Source: a bacterium
GTDB lineage: Bacteria > Arandabacterota > Arandabacteria > Arandabacterales > JALGWA01
Assembly (NCBI GenBank): GCA_050125095.1
Contig: JASFEA010000105.1
Coordinates: 1-10,861 of the forward strand
Length of the DNA stretch: 10,861 nucleotides
Direction: 5' to 3'
Program-made: the position numbers and the translations under genes
The notes under the pieces: model-generated
The model's database searches: none
The model's input: only the letters and a program-made list of their open reading frames with translations
Told to the model about the DNA's origin: nothing
Part shown: positions 1 to 6,561 of the stretch, piece by piece
Layout of the letters: each line of letters opens with the position of its first letter
Numbering within the stretch: position 1 is the first letter of the stretch

Positions 1-330
1 GAACCCATGACCTACGCCTATTACCACCAGGTAAAGAAGGGCAAGACGCCGGAAAGAGCGGCGACTTACATAAAGGGAGAGGCGTCCTCTGGCGGGGGCG
101 CCGAAGCCAAGGAGGCCGGCGAAGCCGAGCCCGGCAGCGAAGCCAAGCCGGCCACGGAGGGTAGCGGAATGAAGAAGTATGTATGCCAGGTATGCGGTTA
201 CATTTATGACCCCGGGAAGGGCGACGCCGACTCGGGTATCGAACCGGGGACGGCTTTTCAGGACCTGCCTGACGACTGGGTGTGCCCGGTCTGCGGCGCG
301 GGCAAGGACCAGTTCAGCCCGCAGGAGTAG
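1..330 (+). CDS. Flavin reductase-like/rubredoxin fusion (high-molecular-weight rubredoxin, Hrb-like), 5'-truncated by the window
   Basis: The frame is open from base 1. [23 protein letters not shown] matches the C-terminal motif of the flavin-reductase domain of Hrb-type proteins. It is followed by an Ala/Glu/Gly linker and a canonical rubredoxin (169-330) with CQVCGYIYD...[12 protein letters not shown] (two CxxC). It lies upstream of fprA. Confidence 0.88.
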   Translation, partial: EPMTYAYYHQVKKGKTPERAATYIKGEASSGGGAEAKEAGEAEPGSEAKPATEGSGMKKYVCQVCGYIYDPGKGDADSGIEPGTAFQDLPDDWVCPVCGAGKDQFSPQE

Positions 331-466
331 CGCAGCAGGTACGAACGCAAACCGATTGAGACCCTGCCGCCGGCGCGCGTGCGGGTTCAAATCAGACTGG
401 TTGGTCTGAAGTCACGGCACTGCTTCAGACATATAGTTGCTCCAGACACGCAGGGGAGGGAGTAGA

Positions 467-1651
467 ATGGTAGTGGAGATCAGGCCGAACGTACACTACG
501 TCGGCGTCATGGACTGGGACCGCAGGCTCTTCGATTCGCTGATTCCCCTGCCCGAGGGGACGAGCTACAACTCATACATAATAAGGGGCAGCGAGAAGAC
601 CGCGCTCATCGACACCGTAGAGCCCATGAAACTTCAAGAGTTCCTGGTGAACCTCGAAAACCTCGGCGTCGAGAAAATCGACTACATCATCACGAATCAC
701 ACAGAGCAGGATCACTCCGGCTCCATCCAGGCCATGCTTCTCCGGAACCCCGAAGCCAAGGTGGTTACCAATGCCAAGTGCCTTCAGCTTTCAAAAGACC
801 ACCTGGGCCTCGACGAGGAGAGCTTTATCGTCGTAAAGGACGGGGAGACTCTCTCACTGGGCGACAAGACGCTCGAATTCATTGTCGCGCCCTGGGTGCA
901 CTGGCCCGAAACCCAGTTCACCTACCTTAAGGAAGACAAGATCCTGTTCTCCTGCGATTTCCTGGGGTCGCATATCGCCACAACCCGGGTGCTGGCCGAG
1001 GACATCAAGGAGTTCTACGCCAGCGCCAAGAGGTACTTCGCCGAGATAATGATGCCGTTCAGGAACAATGTGATTAAGCACCTGGACCGGCTCAAGGACT
1101 ATGAGATAGAGATCGTCGGGCCGAGCCACGGCCCGATCCATATGAATCCGCACCTCATAATGGACGCCTACCGCAGGTGGTCGTCGGATGACGTCAAGAA
1201 CGAAGTGCTCATCCCCTGGGTGTCCATGCACGGCAGCACCGAGAGAATGGTGCACCACCTGACCGATAAGCTCGTGGAGCGCGGCATACACGTCAAGCCC
1301 TACAACCTCGTCGTAACCGACCCCGGCGATGTGGCCATGGCGTTGGTTGACGCGGCCACCATAGTCGTGGCTGCATCCACAGTGCTCGTCGGCCCGCATC
1401 CGGCCGCGGTCAACATAACCTATCTGGCCAATGCGCTCAGGCCCAAGACGCGTTTCTTAGGCATAATCGGGTCGTACGGCTGGGGATCGAGGATGGTGGA
1501 GACGCTGTCGGCGATGATCACCAACCTGAAGGTTGAAATGCTGCCCACGGTTATAGTAAAAGGTTATCCGGACGACGAGGCCCTCAAAGCGCTTGAGGAC
1601 CTCGCAGACGAGATACTCAAGAAACACAAGGAAGCCAACCTTATCTCTTAA
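467..1651 (+). CDS. fprA: Flavodiiron protein (FprA / A-type flavoprotein; O2/NO reductase)
   Basis: Metallo-beta-lactamase domain with diiron ligand motifs NHTEQDHSG, PWVHWPE, SCDFLG and PSHG, plus GTSYNSY. C-terminal flavodoxin domain (SMHGSTERM, GSYGWG). ATG at 467 follows a GGGAGGGAG RBS, so it is preferred over the TTG at 437. Confidence 0.95.
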   Translation: MVVEIRPNVHYVGVMDWDRRLFDSLIPLPEGTSYNSYIIRGSEKTALIDTVEPMKLQEFLVNLENLGVEKIDYIITNHTEQDHSGSIQAMLLRNPEAKVVTNAKCLQLSKDHLGLDEESFIVVKDGETLSLGDKTLEFIVAPWVHWPETQFTYLKEDKILFSCDFLGSHIATTRVLAEDIKEFYASAKRYFAEIMMPFRNNVIKHLDRLKDYEIEIVGPSHGPIHMNPHLIMDAYRRWSSDDVKNEVLIPWVSMHGSTERMVHHLTDKLVERGIHVKPYNLVVTDPGDVAMALVDAATIVVAASTVLVGPHPAAVNITYLANALRPKTRFLGIIGSYGWGSRMVETLSAMITNLKVEMLPTVIVKGYPDDEALKALEDLADEILKKHKEANLIS

Positions 1652-1663
1652 AGGAGGATTGCC

Positions 1664-2140
1664 ATGGCAACGGGTTTCAACGCAAGCGAGATATTCGAAA
1701 TCGCCATACAGATAGAAAAGCACGGCGAGAAGTTCTACCGCCACGCCGTGACGATCTGCGATGACCCCAAGATCAAGAAGATGTTCGGAGACCTTGCGGA
1801 TGAGGAAGTCGTACACCGCAAGACCATCGACGGCCTGCTATCGAAGATAGATCATTATGAGCCGCCGGAGAAGTACCCGGGCGAGTACTGCCAGTATCTC
1901 ACGGCCTACTCGGAGAACCTGGTCTTCTCCGAAGAGGAGTTCGAGAAAGAGATGAAGGGCATCGACACCGTGGCCGACGCGCTGGAGTTCGCCATCGAGA
2001 AGGAGCTGCAGTCGATTCTCTATTATCTCGAGATGCGCAACCTCGTGCCCGAGGGCCCGCAGCGCAAGGAGATCGACAAGCTCGTCGAAGAGGAGCGCCG
2101 GCACTACCTCAAGCTCAACGAAGTCAAGAAAACTATGTAA
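1664..2140 (+). CDS. Rubrerythrin-family / ferritin-like diiron four-helix-bundle protein (no rubredoxin domain)
   Basis: Duplicated E...ExxH motifs: AIQIEKHGEKFY...EEVVH and AIEKELQSILYY...EERRH. AAGGAGG RBS just after the fprA stop codon. Confidence 0.9.
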   Translation: MATGFNASEIFEIAIQIEKHGEKFYRHAVTICDDPKIKKMFGDLADEEVVHRKTIDGLLSKIDHYEPPEKYPGEYCQYLTAYSENLVFSEEEFEKEMKGIDTVADALEFAIEKELQSILYYLEMRNLVPEGPQRKEIDKLVEEERRHYLKLNEVKKTM

Positions 2141-2150
2141 TATCTTTATT

Positions 2151-2195
2151 GGGGTCAGGTCTGAAAATGCACAGTGCATTTTCAGACCTGACCCC
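2151..2195. repeat. Perfect inverted repeat with 22-bp arms (REP-like palindrome / possible terminator)
   Basis: GGGGTCAGGTCTGAAAATGCAC-A-GTGCATTTTCAGACCTGACCCC, followed by TGTTTT. It starts 10 nt after the rubrerythrin stop codon. Confidence 0.9.
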
Positions 2196-2212
2196 TGTTT
2201 TGCACAATCGCC

Positions 2213-2241
2213 TCGACATGCCCACCCCGCTGATATAGACT
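2213..2241 (+). promoter_or_regulatory. Putative sigma70-type promoter for ldh
   Basis: TCGACA (2213-2218), 17-nt spacer, TAGACT (2236-2241), upstream of a GGAG RBS and the ldh ATG at 2269. Motif match only. Confidence 0.4.
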
Positions 2242-2268
2242 CTAAGCGGACCCCACGGAGAATCGTCC

Positions 2269-3231
2269 ATGCCTGATACTGCACGTAAGGTATCCATCAT
2301 CGGCGCGGGCAACGTGGGCGTGAGATACGCCTACGCTCTCATGATAGAGAACACGGCCCGCGAGATAGTCCTGGTCGATGTCGCCCGGGACAGGCTCGAA
2401 GGCGAGGTAATGGACCTGTCGCACGGGGCCCCCTACATAAGGCCGGTGAAGGTGACGGCTGGCGACTACGCGGACATCAGGGGATCCGACCTCGTGGTAA
2501 TCACCGCCGGCGCCGGTCAGAAGCCCGGCCAGTCGCGCCTCGATCTCATCAAGGCAAACGTAGAACTTTACAGGAAGATAATCCCCGAGATAGAGAGACA
2601 TGCGCCCGCGGCTGTCTACCTTGTGGTCACAAATCCGGTGGACGCACTCTCTTACGCCGCCCACAGGCTGTCCTCGAAGCCGGCCCACGAGATAGTGGGA
2701 TCAGGTACGGTGCTCGACACGGCCAGATTTCGATATCTGCTCGGCAGACACTGCATGGTGGACTCCCGCAACGTGCATGCCTACGTACTTGGCGAGCACG
2801 GCGACAGCGAAGTTGCCATCTGGAGCCGCGTAATGATCGGCGGACTTCTGCTCGGCGACTACTGCCCGATATGCGACCGTTTCAAAGCCTGCGCGCGCGA
2901 GGAAGAGCTGGAGAGAGTATTCGTCGAGGTCCGGGACTCCGCATACGACATAATCGAGAGAAAGGGAGAAACGTCTTACGGCATCGGGCTGGCGCTAGTC
3001 CGGATCACTCGAGCCATTCTGAACGACGAAAACTCCATTCTCCCGGTTTCCTCGCTGATGCAGGGTTACCTGGGAATGGCGGACCTTTACTTGAGCATGC
3101 CGGCGATAGTCAACCGCAAGGGTGTCGAGAAAGTCCTTGAAATCAAGCTAAGCGGCCCTGAGGAGAAAGCCCTGAAGCACTCGGCCGAGGTCCTCAGAAA
3201 CGCGATCCGCCAGACCGGCATTGAGAGGTAG
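2269..3231 (+). CDS. ldh: NAD-dependent L-lactate dehydrogenase
   Basis: Rossmann motif IIGAGNVG. The substrate loop TAGAGQKPGQSRLDL has Gln (LDH) rather than Arg (MDH) at the specificity position. Also VTNPVD, GSGTVLDTARFR, catalytic LGEHGDS and IIERKGETSYGIG. Confidence 0.93.
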   Translation: MPDTARKVSIIGAGNVGVRYAYALMIENTAREIVLVDVARDRLEGEVMDLSHGAPYIRPVKVTAGDYADIRGSDLVVITAGAGQKPGQSRLDLIKANVELYRKIIPEIERHAPAAVYLVVTNPVDALSYAAHRLSSKPAHEIVGSGTVLDTARFRYLLGRHCMVDSRNVHAYVLGEHGDSEVAIWSRVMIGGLLLGDYCPICDRFKACAREEELERVFVEVRDSAYDIIERKGETSYGIGLALVRITRAILNDENSILPVSSLMQGYLGMADLYLSMPAIVNRKGVEKVLEIKLSGPEEKALKHSAEVLRNAIRQTGIER

Positions 3232-3236
3232 GAAAT

Positions 3237-3992
3237 ATGAATGTCTACCGGGATTTCGCCTATCTTTACATGAAGGGAGACTACCCTCGCTTCAGCGAAC
3301 GCATGGCGACGCTTCTGCCTCCCATCTTAAAGAAGTTCAAGGCCCGGCCGCGGACCGTCCTCGACCTGGCCTGCGGCGAGGGGAGCTTCGCGGTCGCCCT
3401 GGCCGGGCGCGGCTACGCCGTGACCGGCGTGGACAATTCCGAGGAAATGCTGAAGCTCGCCCGCGAAAAAGCCGCTCGCGCCGGCCACGACATGATCTTC
3501 TTGAAGCAGGACATGCGGGCGCTCTCGGTGGAATCGGGGTACGACCTGGTGACCTCCTGGTACGACAGCCTCAACTACCTGCTCAAGATGGAGGATCTCA
3601 AGGCATGCTACTCGGGCGTTCACAGGGCCCTGAACCCGGGCGGCCTGTTCATATTCGACATGAACACGGTCTATGGCCTGGGCGTCATATGGCAGCGACA
3701 GCCCTGCGAGGTCTGCCAGGACAATGAGGAGTTCTTCGAAATCCACCGCAAGGCATACGACTTCGAAACCAATATTGCCACTATGAGCATCACGGGTTTC
3801 ATAAAGACAGACGACACATTCATACGCGTCGACGAGACACATGAGGAGCGCGGCTACTCCCTGGAAGAGATACGCTCGGGTCTCAGGGGCTGCGGTTTTG
3901 AAGTGGCGGCCACCTGGGACAACCCCGCGACCATGTCGGAGCCCCAGCCGGAAAGCGGACGGGTCTGGGTCGTGGCCCGCAGGCCCTGCTGA
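3237..3992 (+). CDS. Class I SAM-dependent methyltransferase
   Basis: Motif I VLDLACGEG, VTGVDNSEEML, QDMR, DSLNYL, LNPGGLFIFD and C-terminal ETHEERGYS. It starts 5 nt after the ldh stop (probable operon) with a GAGG RBS. Confidence 0.9.
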   Translation: MNVYRDFAYLYMKGDYPRFSERMATLLPPILKKFKARPRTVLDLACGEGSFAVALAGRGYAVTGVDNSEEMLKLAREKAARAGHDMIFLKQDMRALSVESGYDLVTSWYDSLNYLLKMEDLKACYSGVHRALNPGGLFIFDMNTVYGLGVIWQRQPCEVCQDNEEFFEIHRKAYDFETNIATMSITGFIKTDDTFIRVDETHEERGYSLEEIRSGLRGCGFEVAATWDNPATMSEPQPESGRVWVVARRPC

Positions 3993-4059
3993 GCCAGCCG
4001 AGGTCGCCACGGCCGCCAAGACCGCCGCCGCCACTTTGGCCACTTCGCCCGCTTTGGCC

Positions 4060-4087
4060 TTGAGTTTCGGCCGCGATTCCCTATTAT
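4060..4087 (+). promoter_or_regulatory. Possible sigma70-type promoter for the membrane protein gene
   Basis: TTGAGT (4060-4065), 16-nt spacer, TATTAT (4082-4087), in an otherwise GC-rich intergenic region. Motif match only. Confidence 0.3.
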
Positions 4088-4130
4088 TGAACCCGGCCGG
4101 CGAACATGAACCCTTAGACGGCGGGACAGG

Positions 4131-5564
4131 ATGAACGCTGAAAATGCAGGTGGCGCCCTCCCGGGCTCGCGCTACAGGGCGCTGCTTAAGCCCGCAACCA
4201 TAATCGCGCTCATAGTCCTTTTCGCAATAGGCGCCTTCCACTGGGCCTGGTTCGTAAACTTCGGCGATGTGACCTTCAGGATCCACGACTGGGGGCAGGA
4301 GCATATCTACTACTCGGTGCTGAGACAGGCCGCCAACACGGGCAGCATACCCTTTCACATGTCGATGCGTTTTCACCAGACCGACAGGTTCATGTCCATC
4401 CCCGACACCAACTTCATGCCCTGGGTGCTCGTGCTGCCGGCGATGAGCGTGGGCAGGTTCATCATGCTGGACCTTCTCATCCTCTACGCCCTCGGATTCC
4501 TGGGATCGATTCTGCTCATGAGGAAGTACAACCTGTCCGTTCCCGCCTTCACCTTCTTCTTTCTAATATTCAACTTCAATGGCCACATCGTGGCGCATCT
4601 CGCAGTAGGCCATACGGCCTGGAGCGGCTACTTCCTTCTGCCGTTTCTCTTCCTCTTCCTACTGGAGATGCTCGAGGGCAAAGCCACATTTAAGACGTCG
4701 CTGAAGGTCGCCTTCATACTCTTCGCCATGATGCTCAAAGGCTCGTTCCACCTCTATACATGGTGCCTCATGTTTCTGGTCTTCCTCTTAATCTTCAACT
4801 GGAAGTACTCAAGGGCCGTGCTCGCGGCCATAGTCGGAAGCGCCTTGCTTTCGGCCTTCAAGCTCATACCCGCGGCCTACACGCTTCTCGGCCGCCACGA
4901 GAAGTTCATATGGTCCTACCCGACTTTCCGCGACCTCATCGACGCCCTCATTACGATAAGGGTGGAGTCGCCCGAGCGCCTTCGCTTCTGGGGCAACGCG
5001 GGCTGGTGGGAACTCGACATATACGTGGGACTCATCGGGCTCGCGCTTCTCGTCTACTTCGGCATTGTCCTCAGGTTCTCTCGCAGCGACGACCTCAGGG
5101 ACGTCAGATACGGGGCCCTCGATCTTCCCATACTCCTCATGGTGCTTTTCTCAATAAGCTACTTCCACGCATTCCTGACCAGGCTCCCTATTCCCCTCTT
5201 AAGGGGTGAGCGCGTCGCGACGAGGTTCGTGGTGCTTCCCGTACTCGCCCTGGCCCTGCTCGCCTCGTTCAGGATATCCCGGGTTCTCAGGAGGGTGGGA
5301 ATGAGCCTCAAGGCCTGGGTTCTCGGGATCGCGGTGCTTGCCGCAATGGCGCTCGGGTTCCTCGACCACTCCTTCCTGTGGTCGGTATCCCGCCTCGAGC
5401 GCGTAACGCAGCTTAAGGTCGAACCGCCCGTGCCCGGCCTTATCACGCGAGACGACGCCGGCTACAAGCTCATGGTTATCATCGGCATGTTGATAACGCT
5501 CGCCGGACTGATTGCCCTGGCCTACACCTTCATCAGGCCACGGCTCAAGAGGAATCCCGCCTGA
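4131..5564 (+). CDS. Polytopic integral membrane protein, YfhO-like / putative GT-C fold glycosyltransferase
   Basis: 477 aa with about 11-13 hydrophobic segments. The first TM is followed by a loop with an acidic residue (HDWGQE...GSIPF). FNFNGHIVAHLAVGH...LLP and a late RVATRF motif resemble YfhO-type membrane proteins. The CDS is secure but the function is inferred. Confidence 0.6.
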   Translation: MNAENAGGALPGSRYRALLKPATIIALIVLFAIGAFHWAWFVNFGDVTFRIHDWGQEHIYYSVLRQAANTGSIPFHMSMRFHQTDRFMSIPDTNFMPWVLVLPAMSVGRFIMLDLLILYALGFLGSILLMRKYNLSVPAFTFFFLIFNFNGHIVAHLAVGHTAWSGYFLLPFLFLFLLEMLEGKATFKTSLKVAFILFAMMLKGSFHLYTWCLMFLVFLLIFNWKYSRAVLAAIVGSALLSAFKLIPAAYTLLGRHEKFIWSYPTFRDLIDALITIRVESPERLRFWGNAGWWELDIYVGLIGLALLVYFGIVLRFSRSDDLRDVRYGALDLPILLMVLFSISYFHAFLTRLPIPLLRGERVATRFVVLPVLALALLASFRISRVLRRVGMSLKAWVLGIAVLAAMALGFLDHSFLWSVSRLERVTQLKVEPPVPGLITRDDAGYKLMVIIGMLITLAGLIALAYTFIRPRLKRNPA

Positions 5565-5576
5565 TACAGAGCAGCG

Positions 5577-6293
5577 CTATTCAGCCGGGACTTCGGCGGG
5601 CCTGGCCGTCGCGAACTCCCAGAAGTCGCGCAGGTACTCGTATCCGAGCGAGAGCAGGCGGCCCGCTTCGGGAACCCCCGCCTTCACAAACTCCCAGCCG
5701 CCCCGGTAGCCGCCCACGACGAAAGCGAAGATGAAACCGAACGCAAGCAGGCTCGCGAACAGGCAGAAGAAAAGCGAGAAGGCCCTGCCGCTTACCTTGA
5801 TATCACCCTGGTAGAACTTGAAGTCGATGATCTTCGACACCAGGTGGTAGCCCGTTATGAAACCCAGCACGGCGAAATAAACCGGGTATGCCGACTCCTT
5901 AAGAAGGGGGAATACCAGAAGCAATATGACGGAGAAGGTGGGGAAGTAATAAGGGGCGAGGTCCACGAGAAAGTTCTTGCCCCCGACCCGCACGTGGCCC
6001 CTGGTCGCGGTGGCGAAGAAAGCCTCGGGTTTCTGGAACATAAGAAGCCCCATTACGAGATGCGCGAACTCGTGCTCGAACACGCCGAAGAAACCCAGCT
6101 TCTTCCTGAATATCATCCAGAAGAGGGCCCCCGACGCGAAGCCTGTCGCCGCGATTCTCACATCGCCTATGTCGAGGAGGTCCCGCGCCATCATGGAGAC
6201 GATAACCGATGCATAGGCCCCGATCCCCACGGCCGATACGACCCCGACGATCACTTTGTGCCAGGCTGTCCCCGCCCTCTTATTATTTTTCAC
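5577..6293 (-). CDS. M50-like (Peptidase_M50B-type) membrane zinc metalloprotease
   Basis: HExxH motif (FEHEFAH, HEFAH at 6060-6074) inside a hydrophobic segment, then LAPYYFP, a downstream Asp (YQGDI) and several TM helices. The start is uncertain (GTG 6293 or ATG 6305). The ORF-track extension to 6404 is unlikely to be real. Confidence 0.7.
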   Translation of the reverse strand: MKNNKRAGTAWHKVIVGVVSAVGIGAYASVIVSMMARDLLDIGDVRIAATGFASGALFWMIFRKKLGFFGVFEHEFAHLVMGLLMFQKPEAFFATATRGHVRVGGKNFLVDLAPYYFPTFSVILLLVFPLLKESAYPVYFAVLGFITGYHLVSKIIDFKFYQGDIKVSGRAFSLFFCLFASLLAFGFIFAFVVGGYRGGWEFVKAGVPEAGRLLSLGYEYLRDFWEFATARPAEVPAE

Positions 6294-6303
6294 GATGCCT
6301 GAC

Positions 6304-6332
6304 ATTCTATACGCACAGGGGCCCGGTTTCAA
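6304..6332 (-). promoter_or_regulatory. Putative sigma70 promoter for the M50-like gene
   Basis: On the minus strand: TTGAAA (6332-6327), 17-nt spacer, TAGAAT (6309-6304). Each box matches consensus at 5/6 positions with ideal spacing. Confidence 0.55.
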
Positions 6333-6418
6333 CCACCGCAATCGCTGCAGGCCGACACCGACGGGCCTTAAAAGGGCCCCACCTTGCTGGCTTTTATGTA
6401 ACATGTTCCCCTATTTCC

Positions 6419-6448
6419 TTGATATTGGGGCTCTGCATGTGTTAAGAT
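6419..6448 (+). promoter_or_regulatory. Putative sigma70 promoter (extended -10) for the multiheme cytochrome gene
   Basis: TTGATA (6419-6424), 18-nt spacer ending in TGt, TAAGAT (6443-6448), in the AT-rich divergent intergenic region. Confidence 0.45.
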
Positions 6449-6561
6449 TGAGTTAATCGGGATGTACAGCGGGCTCTGTTAAGAGGCCAGGCCTACCAGA
6501 CGACTATCGGTTTATACCCAGGGGCGCTTCAAGGGGTAATTGTACCCAGGAGGGGATGTGA

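Noticed and set aside
383-394. GGTTCAAATC resembling a tRNA T-arm
   Set aside because: No T-stem closure, acceptor stem or cloverleaf can be formed around it.
404-410. GTCTGAA similar to the Neisseria DNA uptake sequence core (also at 2159-2165)
   Set aside because: It lacks the GCC prefix of GCCGTCTGAA, and the gene content is not Neisseria-like.
437-466. TTG-initiated N-terminal extension of FprA
   Set aside because: The extension spans the RBS of the ATG at 467 and does not resemble FprA N-termini.
2151-2195. Palindrome as a CRISPR repeat or IS terminal inverted repeats
   Set aside because: There is a single copy with no spacers, and no cas or transposase gene in the window.
2269-3231. 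Malate dehydrogenase assignment
   Set aside because: The specificity loop has Gln (AGQKPG), not Arg (PRKPG), and the GEHGDS context is LDH-like.
3327-4376. 349-aa minus-strand ORF and other long antisense or alternate-frame ORFs (e.g. 854-1399, 6628-7221, 8446-9234)
   Set aside because: They overlap well-supported genes and have no recognisable motifs. Such shadow ORFs are typical of high-GC DNA.
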